A stretch of DNA of 12,406 nt from Prevotella sp. (lineage in GTDB: Bacteria > Bacteroidota > Bacteroidia > Bacteroidales > Dysgonomonadaceae). Both the position numbers and the translations under genes were made by a program. The stretch covers positions 1-12,406 of the forward strand of contig JAITVV010000033.1 of NCBI GenBank assembly GCA_031285625.1, read 5' to 3'. Below the pieces are notes generated by a model. It was not told the DNA's origin. It saw only the letters and a list, made by a program, of their open reading frames with translations, and searched no databases. Below are positions 1-7,484 of this stretch, in pieces; position 1 is the first letter of the stretch, and each line of letters opens with the position of its first letter.

Positions 1-268
1 GTTCATACAAATTGGTTTTAAACGCCCCTTATATAGTATCAATCCGTACTACATGGTTGACTACATAAGAATAGGTGTTATAACCGTAAAGATGTTTATT
101 GTACCTTTTTACGGTACGACAAATATCTTGTACAATATTAATAATCAGTAAAATACAAAGCAGTGATTATACACTTTGAAAATAGAACGTGTCACCTTTG
201 TCACCTTTTACTTGTAAAGATCTATATTAAAGGAACATAGTCAGATTACAAATAACAACTAAAAAACC

Positions 269-2104
269 TTGCTTAAAGCCCGTAAAATAGAATTACTAGC
301 TCCGGCTAAAAACCTTGAGTGTGGTATTGAAGCCATTAACCATGGCGCCGATGCAGTGTATATCGGCGCACCCAAATTCAGTGCACGAGCTGCTGCCGGC
401 AATACATTTGATGATATAAAGGTATTGGCTGAATATGCCCATCTGTATAATGCAAAAGTGTATGTGGCACTCAATACAATCCTTAGTGATAATGAACTTA
501 AAGAAGCCGAAAAGCTAATCTGGCAATTATATAACGATGCTAAAATAGATGCACTTATCATACAGGATATGGGTATTACAATGCTCAACCTGCCTCCTAT
601 TGCCCTACATGCCAGTACACAGGTTGACAATAGAGGCATTGACAAGGTGAAATTTCTGGAAGATGCAGGATTTAAGCAAATAGTACTTCCGCGCGAACTT
701 ACCATAGATGAGATACATGATATTGCCACACAGGTAAACACACCTCTCGAAGTATTCGTACATGGGGCCTTATGTGTCTGCTACAGTGGACAATGTTATC
801 TGAGTCAGGCTCTCTCGGGACGTAGTGCTAATAAAGGAGCTTGTGCCCAATATTGCCGTCTGCCTTATACTTTAACAGACAGTGAAGGTGATGAAATAAT
901 GGCTAAGAAGCATTTCCTTTCGATGAAGGACCTCAACTTATCCGAAAATCTGGAAGAATTGCTGGAAGCCGGAGTGAGTTCTCTTAAAATAGAAGGGCGC
1001 CTCAAAGATGTTTCGTATGTAAAAAATGTAGTGGCATATTACAGGCTTAAACTTGATGAGATATTAAATAGACATCCTGAATATATCCGTGCATCGTCAG
1101 GGCACTCAACCTATACATTCGATCCCAATCTGGAAAAGAGTTTCAACAGAGGGTTCACCAAATACTTCCTGCACGACCGCACAAAGAATATGTGGTCTTT
1201 AGACTCCCCTAAATCCGTAGGCGAACCTATTGGAAAAATCACTGAAATAACAACAAAGTATATAAAAATAAATAGCACTAAGAAACTTCATAACGGTGAT
1301 GGTCTCTGCTACTTCAACAACAGAAAGGAACTGGAAGGGATGAATGTAAACCGGGTTGAAGGAGATGTGATTTTTCCGGCAGATATACCTGATGTTAAAA
1401 AAGGGACATATGTCTATCGTAACTATGACCATGAATTTGAAAAATTATTATCTAAAAAATCAGCAGAAAGAAAGATCTGTACAACAATCGATTTGAACGA
1501 AATCCCATTTGGATTCTCGTTACAAATAACCGATGAAGATGATAATTATGCAGTTCTCAATTTTGAACAGGAAAAACAGCCTGCACAAAAAGACCAGACA
1601 GAGAGTATACGAAACAACCTGAGTAAGACAGGTACAACCATCTTCAACGTAGATGCAGTAAATATAAACTTTGCGAAAAGCTGGTTTATTCCGGCATCGG
1701 TACTTTCTGAATGGAGAAGGCAGCTTACCGAAAAGCTCCTGTCTGTACGAAAGATTGCATATCGGCAGGATATAGCACCTCACAAACAAACATCTCATTC
1801 TTTCCCACTAAAGGATATCACCTACCTGGGAAATGTGATGAATGATATGAGTAAACGGTTCTATGTTCAGCATCAGTCCGATGTAAGGCAGCCGGCTTTT
1901 GAGAAGCAGACTCAAAGTAATGTTCCATTAATGTTTACACGACATTGTATCAAGCAATCTCTGGGCTGGTGTCCCCGGGAAGGACAAGAAAAACATCCTT
2001 ACAAAGAACCTTTCTTCTTAGTTTATAACAGCACAAAGCTCAGATTATCTTTCGATTGCAAAAATTGCGAAATGAAGGTTTTCAACCAAACAGATGAGAA
2101 GTAA
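269..2104 (+). CDS. rlhA: Peptidase U32-family Fe-S protein, probable 23S rRNA 5-hydroxycytidine (ho5C2501) synthase with DUF3656-type C-terminal region
   Basis: N-terminal ELLAPA, GADAVYIG, HASTQ, Cys cluster HGALCVCYSGQCYLS...SANKGACAQYCRLPY and SLKIEGR are U32 signatures. The 611-aa length with FNRGFT and a Cys-containing tail (HC..WCP..DCKNC) fits the long RlhA type. TTG start. Confidence 0.85.
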   Translation: MLKARKIELLAPAKNLECGIEAINHGADAVYIGAPKFSARAAAGNTFDDIKVLAEYAHLYNAKVYVALNTILSDNELKEAEKLIWQLYNDAKIDALIIQDMGITMLNLPPIALHASTQVDNRGIDKVKFLEDAGFKQIVLPRELTIDEIHDIATQVNTPLEVFVHGALCVCYSGQCYLSQALSGRSANKGACAQYCRLPYTLTDSEGDEIMAKKHFLSMKDLNLSENLEELLEAGVSSLKIEGRLKDVSYVKNVVAYYRLKLDEILNRHPEYIRASSGHSTYTFDPNLEKSFNRGFTKYFLHDRTKNMWSLDSPKSVGEPIGKITEITTKYIKINSTKKLHNGDGLCYFNNRKELEGMNVNRVEGDVIFPADIPDVKKGTYVYRNYDHEFEKLLSKKSAERKICTTIDLNEIPFGFSLQITDEDDNYAVLNFEQEKQPAQKDQTESIRNNLSKTGTTIFNVDAVNINFAKSWFIPASVLSEWRRQLTEKLLSVRKIAYRQDIAPHKQTSHSFPLKDITYLGNVMNDMSKRFYVQHQSDVRQPAFEKQTQSNVPLMFTRHCIKQSLGWCPREGQEKHPYKEPFFLVYNSTKLRLSFDCKNCEMKVFNQTDEK

Positions 2105-2191
2105 GTTATCGGATGCAAATTCATAAAAAATAAACTTAAATAAACATTAATAGTTAGCAAGAAGGGACAATACATATATTATTTTTTTCTG

Positions 2192-2199
2192 TACCTTTG
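2192..2199 (+). promoter_or_regulatory. Putative Bacteroidota sigma-A -7 element (TACCTTTG)
   Basis: Exact TAnnTTTG match in the intergenic region upstream of the 2316 gene. No clear -33 TTTG seen. Confidence 0.55.
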
Positions 2200-2211
2200 A
2201 CGCAATATTAT

Positions 2212-2263
2212 GGTCACAGACCTATTTATTACTTTGGTAAGTAAAACAGTGGGAAGCTGTTAT
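2212..2263 (+). repeat. Intergenic repeat copy R1 (52-bp core; weaker homology to about 2289)
   Basis: GGTCACAGACCTATTTATTACTTTGGTAAGTAAAACAGTGGGAAGCTGTTAT aligns without gaps to R2 and R3; 38/52 identical to R3 by hand count. Confidence 0.85.
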
Positions 2264-2315
2264 GGCTCTAAAATAGATAGTTAATACTTACTATTACTTA
2301 ATCTGGCGGAATTCT

Positions 2316-2735
2316 ATGTTAAGAAAAATATTCAGGTATACATGGCCACCTGCGATAATTGCGATTATTATTTTTTATTTATGCTGTCTTATTCCAACAA
2401 ATGATGTACCAAATATTCAGTTTGACTTTTTTGTACCGACAGATAAAATAGTTCATTTTCTGATGTATTTCGGATTGGCAGGTGTAGCGTCATTCAATTA
2501 CATCTACGATAAAAAAGGAAAGATTATAATACTTAAACTAATCGTTTTCGCAATACTCGTACCAATAATTTATGGTGGACTGATCGAAATCATACAAGAC
2601 AAATATTTTCCCGAAAGAAGTGGTGACTGGTATGATTTTTGGGCTGATATGCTGGGAGCACTGGCATCTCTACCCTTTTCTTTTTGGTTTAGGCGATTTA
2701 TGTTGAACAGAGAACTTAGAGAACAAGAAGCATGA
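2316..2735 (+). CDS. VanZ-like family membrane protein
   Basis: DKIVHFLMYFGL, GGLIEIIQ and RSGDWYDFWADMLG motifs; about 4 hydrophobic segments. Confidence 0.9.
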   Translation: MLRKIFRYTWPPAIIAIIIFYLCCLIPTNDVPNIQFDFFVPTDKIVHFLMYFGLAGVASFNYIYDKKGKIIILKLIVFAILVPIIYGGLIEIIQDKYFPERSGDWYDFWADMLGALASLPFSFWFRRFMLNRELREQEA

Positions 2736-3253
2736 AAAAGATCTACATTACTTTATTTGCTTTAATTATAGCAATAAATGTGTTTTCTCAGGAAAATAAT
2801 TATCAATATAAAGTAAAGGTCGGCGATATGGCCCCTGACTTTGAGATGAGTTTACCTTCAGGTGAAAATATTAAGTTATCTTCTCTCCGGGGAAAAGTAG
2901 TTATGCTACAGTTTACAGCAAGCTGGTGTGGCGTATGTCGCAAAGAGATGCCTCACATAGAAAAGGATATATGGCAAAAACATAAAAACAATCCAAATTT
3001 TGCACTTTATGGTATAGACAGGGAAGAACCGGCCGAAACTGTAGTAAAATTTGCAAAAGCCACAGGTGTAACCTACCCTATCGGGCTGGATCCCAAGGCT
3101 GATATTTTTGGCACATTTGCAGAAAAAGAAGCAGGAATTACACGTAATGTCATCATTGACAAAGATGGAAAAATAGTAATGCTTACAAGACTTTTCAAAA
3201 TTGAAGAATTTAACGAAATGGTTTCATTAATAGATTCTTTGTTAGAGAAATAA
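2732..3253 (+). CDS. Exported TlpA/ResA-like thiol-disulfide oxidoreductase (thioredoxin fold)
   Basis: Signal peptide MKKIYITLFALIIAINVFSQ; VGDMAPDF, LSSLRGKVVMLQFTASWCGVCRKEMP (CxxC); ATGA overlap with the upstream gene. Confidence 0.92.
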   Translation: MKKIYITLFALIIAINVFSQENNYQYKVKVGDMAPDFEMSLPSGENIKLSSLRGKVVMLQFTASWCGVCRKEMPHIEKDIWQKHKNNPNFALYGIDREEPAETVVKFAKATGVTYPIGLDPKADIFGTFAEKEAGITRNVIIDKDGKIVMLTRLFKIEEFNEMVSLIDSLLEK

Positions 3254-3305
3254 AGTCTCAGACCTATTTATTGTCCATCCAAGCATAACAGTATTTGTTA
3301 GTTAT
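3254..3305 (+). repeat. Intergenic repeat copy R2 (52-bp core; weaker homology to about 3330)
   Basis: AGTCTCAGACCTATTTATTGTCCATCCAAGCATAACAGTATTTGTTAGTTAT; begins on the base after the TAA of the TlpA gene. Confidence 0.8.
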
Positions 3306-3346
3306 GACTTAAAATGTGACATTAATTACCAGCATATACATAAATT

Positions 3347-3862
3347 ATGTTTAAAACAAAAGAAATAGAGAATATACTTGATACTTGCGAAAAGAGAGAG
3401 CATGCTTTATCCAATTTAAGTAAGTTATCAATTGAGGACACCGATTATCTCTTATTCATCTCAAAATATAAAGATTGCGAAATCACTCCGGATATAAGAA
3501 TATTTGGATATGAAGAGGCTCTGAACGCCAATAATTATATCACAAAAGAATATCCTGAAACTGCAGAATCTGTCTGGCAGATTGGCAATACAGGCATTGG
3601 AGACCAGTGGTTTATAGATAAAAAAACGCAGAGTGTTCTGTTTTATGATCATGATCAGGGAGAATACGATAATTCTGAGTTTATAGATATGGAAATTAAA
3701 TTCTATGATTTTGTGAAAATGGGATTTTTACTCCGTTCCCTGGAAGACTTTCTGGATGACAATACCTCTTATGACACTGATATTGTTGAAAAGGAGTTCA
3801 GAACCCGTATGAATAAGATATCTCCTGAATTGTATGAAAAATACCCTTATAACTGGATTTAA
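3347..3862 (+). CDS. SMI1/KNR4 (SUKH) family protein, putative toxin immunity protein
   Basis: DYLLFISKY...IRIFGYEEAL...VWQIGNTGIGDQWFID...VLFYDHDQGE...FYDFV pattern is typical of the SUKH fold; acidic, 171 aa. Confidence 0.7.
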   Translation: MFKTKEIENILDTCEKREHALSNLSKLSIEDTDYLLFISKYKDCEITPDIRIFGYEEALNANNYITKEYPETAESVWQIGNTGIGDQWFIDKKTQSVLFYDHDQGEYDNSEFIDMEIKFYDFVKMGFLLRSLEDFLDDNTSYDTDIVEKEFRTRMNKISPELYEKYPYNWI

Positions 3863-3914
3863 GGTCGCAGACCTATCTGTTACTTTTGTAAATATAACAT
3901 CCATAGCTTGTTAT
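3863..3914 (+). repeat. Intergenic repeat copy R3 (52-bp core; weaker homology to about 3934)
   Basis: GGTCGCAGACCTATCTGTTACTTTTGTAAATATAACATCCATAGCTTGTTAT; begins on the base after the TAA of the SUKH gene and contains a TAnnTTTG match at 3881-3888. Confidence 0.85.
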
Positions 3915-3949
3915 AAAACATATCATTAATACTTTCATTTGCTTAAAAG

Positions 3950-4543
3950 ATGAATATTGTTATAATAAAATACAATGCCGGAAATATATTCTCAGTCGAG
4001 CATGCTTTCAAGCGATTAGGGATAGAGGCAACTGTCACAGCAGATAAGCAACTAATACAAAAAGCGGATAAGGTTATTTTCCCCGGTGTGGGAGAGGCCA
4101 GTTCGACAATGCGACATCTACAGCAGACCGGACTGGATAAGCTCATTCCTTCTCTCCGACAGCCTGTACTGGGTATATGTCTGGGAATGCAACTTATGTG
4201 TTCGCATTCCGAAGAAGGGGATGCAGACTGCCTGGGTATATTTGACTCGGAGGTAAAAAGATTTGTACCGCAGAAACACGAAGATAAAGTTCCTCATATG
4301 GGATGGAATACAATAACCAATGTGAGAAGCAATATTTTTGACAGCACATTAGAGAATCAATTTGTATATTTTGTTCATAGCTATTATGTAGCTATAAGCG
4401 AGCATACTGCAGCAACAACAGATTATATTCATCCATTTAGTGCAGCTATGCACAAAGATAACTTCTATGCAACACAATTCCATCCTGAAAAAAGTGGAAG
4501 TGCGGGAGAAAGAATATTAAAGAACTTCTTAGAGATAAGATAA
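3950..4543 (+). CDS. hisH: Imidazole glycerol phosphate synthase, glutamine amidotransferase subunit
   Basis: YNAGNIFSV, IFPGVG, GICLGMQL (catalytic Cys), KVPHMGWN, YFVHSYY and QFHPEKSG (His-Glu). Confidence 0.97.
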   Translation: MNIVIIKYNAGNIFSVEHAFKRLGIEATVTADKQLIQKADKVIFPGVGEASSTMRHLQQTGLDKLIPSLRQPVLGICLGMQLMCSHSEEGDADCLGIFDSEVKRFVPQKHEDKVPHMGWNTITNVRSNIFDSTLENQFVYFVHSYYVAISEHTAATTDYIHPFSAAMHKDNFYATQFHPEKSGSAGERILKNFLEIR

Positions 4544-4547
4544 GGAA

Positions 4548-4568
4548 GGGTTAAGAATTCCTTAACCC
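4548..4568. terminator. Hairpin between convergent hisH and lipoprotein genes, possible bidirectional terminator
   Basis: GGGTTAAG-AATTC-CTTAACCC, perfect 8-bp stem; no good U-tract on either side. Confidence 0.5.
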
Positions 4569-4594
4569 AACCCAATCTATATTAGACTCTTACC

Positions 4595-5506
4595 TTAATA
4601 TTTATTATTATACCATCTGAAGACAATAGAACCGGTTCCTATCTCGGCATTCGTTTTATAACCTCCTCCATTCAGATCGCCTTTTACAACTGTTCTGGTA
4701 TTGGTTCCGGTAAAATTTGAACCATTAAGAACTGATGCTGTTACATTTGTCAGCGATTTGAGATCGAGCGATGTTTTCGTTTCACTTGGCACTGCAAATT
4801 GGATATTCCCCTTTGATAACTTCGCATTTATAGATTCAGATGCAGTCGTATTAATAAATGCTACATGACCTGTTGTAGAATGTGCTGTGAAGTTCTTCCC
4901 AAAGGAATTCAAGTATTTTACGCTCCCGGATTCAGATGTTGCAACATGCTCCCCGCCATTCACGTTATCTACAAAAATACTACCATACTTAATACTCAAT
5001 TGGGTAGATATATCACCAGGTGTAAATATCTTTATTGAGACTCTTAATTTCCGGTAGTCTGAGCCATGAACAATACTCTTCTCTGTTACAATAGCTTTAA
5101 TCTCGGTACCACTAACCTCAGATACTATATCATAGTATTTATTCAGTAAAGCTGTGATCTCATCATCAGTTAATTTTGAGTCATCATCAACTTTAGCATA
5201 CACATAAACAGCCGAGTTATCCTTATATCCTCCCATTACTGCAATATGTCCACTCTGGGTAGTTGAGGCGGTAACTTTCTTTACAGGATTAGCGCTCAGA
5301 GAGAATGTACGTACCTGTTGAATAGAATCACCCATAAAATCGCTACCAGACGGAATAGTTAATACATCAGAAGAAGATGGTCCACCCCCCTCTCCTACAT
5401 TCATATTCGGTTCTTTATTTCCATTATCATCACTATCACTACAAGATGTAGCAAAAGATATTGCCCCTATTATCAGAGCTATCAAAATACTAGAATATTT
5501 TTTCAT
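4595..5506 (-). CDS. Surface lipoprotein with DUF4097/putative-adhesin-like beta-repeat C-terminal region
   Basis: Likely start at 5506 (MKKYSSILIALIIGAISFATS-C lipobox) followed by acidic SDSDD. Repeated units ATSESGSV, AHSTTGHV, AKLSKGNI and IGTGSI resemble DUF4097 beta-solenoid repeats. The track start at 5548 overlaps the likely promoter. Confidence 0.75.
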   Translation of the reverse strand: MKKYSSILIALIIGAISFATSCSDSDDNGNKEPNMNVGEGGGPSSSDVLTIPSGSDFMGDSIQQVRTFSLSANPVKKVTASTTQSGHIAVMGGYKDNSAVYVYAKVDDDSKLTDDEITALLNKYYDIVSEVSGTEIKAIVTEKSIVHGSDYRKLRVSIKIFTPGDISTQLSIKYGSIFVDNVNGGEHVATSESGSVKYLNSFGKNFTAHSTTGHVAFINTTASESINAKLSKGNIQFAVPSETKTSLDLKSLTNVTASVLNGSNFTGTNTRTVVKGDLNGGGYKTNAEIGTGSIVFRWYNNKY

Positions 5507-5545
5507 AAAGCCTTTTTTTAGTTTGTGCCATTGCATTATCACAGG

Positions 5546-5553
5546 CAAAACTA
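5546..5553 (-). promoter_or_regulatory. Putative -7 element (TAGTTTTG on minus strand) for the lipoprotein gene
   Basis: TAnnTTTG match 40 nt upstream of the ATG at 5506. Confidence 0.5.
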
Positions 5554-5601
5554 TAAGGCAATTCTGTATTAATCCTGTAGTTTTCTACAACCTCAAAATT
5601 G

Positions 5602-5841
5602 TTATTGAGTATGATAATTCCTTTTGATATATTCTACAATCTTATTTATATCAACCGATGTCTTTCCCATTATATACATACAGATGAGTTCGCACTCTTC
5701 TATATCTGTCAGTTCATACTCTTTATGAGGGCTTGCTGCACGTCTTCTGATTACCTCTACTATGATTTTCTTTCTCAATTTCTGTAAGGCTTGATTGTCT
5801 AGTTTTATCTCCGGGCTGATAGTTCCATTCAACGTGCTCAT
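5602..5841 (-). CDS. Small hypothetical protein (79 aa, probably helical)
   Basis: ATG start with AT-rich upstream, protein-like composition, fills an otherwise empty gap; no recognisable motif. Confidence 0.5.
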   Translation of the reverse strand: MSTLNGTISPEIKLDNQALQKLRKKIIVEVIRRRAASPHKEYELTDIEECELICMYIMGKTSVDINKIVEYIKRNYHTQ

Positions 5842-6072
5842 AATGTGTCGATTTTGGTTACTAATACATAATTCTAAAGATAGTGAATTTTAGAAATAAA
5901 AAAATAGTTCAATCATCTGTATCATACTGTTTTAAAACACATCAAATAATAGAATACAGATTATCAGACTATTCGATATAATTTATCTATTGGATGAGTA
6001 TATGATTTACAGCAAAAATAATGATCAATATTATTTATTACTTTTATCTAATAGTATATGTTGAAGAATTCA

Positions 6073-6080
6073 TATTTTTG
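6073..6080 (+). promoter_or_regulatory. Putative -7 element (TATTTTTG) for the acyltransferase gene
   Basis: TAnnTTTG match about 33 nt upstream of the likely ATG at 6114. Confidence 0.5.
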
Positions 6081-6113
6081 TGCATAAAAGATAAAAACCA
6101 GACAAATCAATAC

Positions 6114-7250
6114 ATGTTAGAAAAACAGATTTCATCTGCTGCCTATGCAGACACAAAACCACATTATAATATTCTCGACGGATTACGTGGAATAGCTGCT
6201 ATTACAGTAGTTTGTTTTCATTTATTCGAAGCTTTTGCAACAAGTCATCTGGATCAAGGCATAAATCATGGGTATTTGGCTGTGGACTTTTTCTTTATTT
6301 TATCAGGATTTGTTGTAGGATATGCGTATGATGATCGTTGGAAAACGATGAAAACAATGGATTTCATCAAACGCAGAATCATACGCCTCCAACCAATGGT
6401 TGTCATAGGAGCCATTATAGGAGGAGCTACTTTTTACCTTCAGGGATGCTCAGTATGGGATGTTTCAGCTGTTACGATAGGTATGCTTTTAATAGCTACC
6501 TTATTGAATGCTTTGATGATACCATCTACCCCAGGGGCAGAAGTTAGAGGCTTGGGAGAAATGTATCCTTTGAATGGACCTACATGGTCATTATTTTTTG
6601 AATATATAGGAAACCTGCTATATGTCCTATTTATTCGCAAACTTTCAACCACAATACTTACAGGATTAGTTGTCTTAGCCGGATGTGGATTGGCAGCATT
6701 TGCTATATTCGGACCTTACGGAGATCTGTGTGCCGGTTTTCAATTAACGGGAACGGAATTCACTGGAGGTTTTCTACGTTTGCTTTTCTCTTTCTCAGCA
6801 GGTTTACTCTTATCTCGCATCTTCAAACCCATTAATATAAAAGGAGCTTTTTGGCTGTGTAGTCTGTCTGTATTTGTTCTGTTGTCTGTCCCTCGTATAG
6901 GAGGAGCCGATCACCTCTGGATGAATGGTATATACGATACATTATGTTGTGTTGCATTTTTTCCACTTATCGTTTTTTTAGGTGCATCGGGTAAAACCAC
7001 AGATAAATACACAGTTCGTATATGTAAGTTTTTGGGGGATATTTCTTATCCTTTATATATGGTTCATTATCCATTCATTTATATATATTATGCATGGGTT
7101 AAAAATAATAACCTCACCTTTAGCGAGTCTTTACCCGGGGCATTAGCTTTAGTTATAGGAAGTATCTTATTAGCATATGCCTGTTTGAAACTGTGCGATG
7201 AACCTGTTCGTAAATATTTGACAAAAAGATTTTTACGGCGAAAGAAATAA
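6114..7250 (+). CDS. Acyltransferase-3 (OafA/YrhL-like) integral membrane acyltransferase
   Basis: LDGLRGIAA...VCFH, GYLAVDFFFILSGFV, RRIIRLQP, NGPTWSLFFEY and LGDISYPLYMVHYP. Start 6114 (MLEKQ) preferred over 6021 because of the promoter motif at 6073. Confidence 0.93.
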   Translation: MLEKQISSAAYADTKPHYNILDGLRGIAAITVVCFHLFEAFATSHLDQGINHGYLAVDFFFILSGFVVGYAYDDRWKTMKTMDFIKRRIIRLQPMVVIGAIIGGATFYLQGCSVWDVSAVTIGMLLIATLLNALMIPSTPGAEVRGLGEMYPLNGPTWSLFFEYIGNLLYVLFIRKLSTTILTGLVVLAGCGLAAFAIFGPYGDLCAGFQLTGTEFTGGFLRLLFSFSAGLLLSRIFKPINIKGAFWLCSLSVFVLLSVPRIGGADHLWMNGIYDTLCCVAFFPLIVFLGASGKTTDKYTVRICKFLGDISYPLYMVHYPFIYIYYAWVKNNNLTFSESLPGALALVIGSILLAYACLKLCDEPVRKYLTKRFLRRKK

Positions 7251-7268
7251 GAATAACCTGATAAGAAT

Positions 7269-7304
7269 AAACCCTCTGAATATCTACTGTAAATCAGCGG
7301 GTTT
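7269..7304. other. Imperfect inverted repeat at the composition boundary (terminator or element-end structure)
   Basis: AAACCCTCTGA-N14-TCAGCGGGTTT, 10 of 11 paired. Confidence 0.5.
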
Positions 7305-7456
7305 CAAAATTGATTCGTGCAATAAGATATCAGATTATCGAACCCTTATAGAAGACTTTGTAAAGGTTATTGAATTTATTAAGTACATAAATTTTGATAG
7401 ATGTAATTCACTAAAAAATAAAAGAATGGAAAAGAAACAATTACTTTAAGATTATA

Positions 7457-7464
7457 TATATTTG
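7457..7464 (+). promoter_or_regulatory. Putative -7 element (TATATTTG) for the three-gene operon
   Basis: TAnnTTTG match 20 nt upstream of the ATG at 7485; the AT-rich context lowers specificity. Confidence 0.5.
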
Positions 7465-7484
7465 TAATATATAATCTTCATAGT

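Noticed and set aside
259-1798. Minus-strand ORFs 259-741, 1199-1432 and 1520-1798
   Set aside because: Antisense shadows of the well-supported U32 gene with no motifs.
2316-2735. Glycopeptide-resistance locus suggested by VanZ similarity
   Set aside because: VanZ-like proteins are widespread, and no vanHAX or vanRS genes are present.
2212-3914. R1-R3 as a CRISPR array, classical integron attC sites or dif/pdif sites
   Set aside because: Copies are 600-1000 bp apart and separated by whole genes, with no cas genes. The AAC...GTT distance is only 11 nt, far shorter than attC. No 11-6-11 XerC/XerD layout or TTATGTTAAAT arm.
3461-4146. Minus-strand ORFs 3461-3652 and 3943-4146
   Set aside because: Antisense to the SUKH gene and hisH; no protein-like features.
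5599-5787. Plus-strand 62-aa ORF
   Set aside because: Fully overlaps the more plausible minus-strand ATG ORF 5602-5841; TTG start and odd composition.
6338-6652. ORFs 6338-6547 (+) and 6440-6652 (-)
   Set aside because: Nested within the acyltransferase gene in other frames.
7305-7345. tRNA gene on the minus strand around GGTTCGA
   Set aside because: The T-stem does not close and no cloverleaf or CCA end can be built; kept only as a possible att scar.
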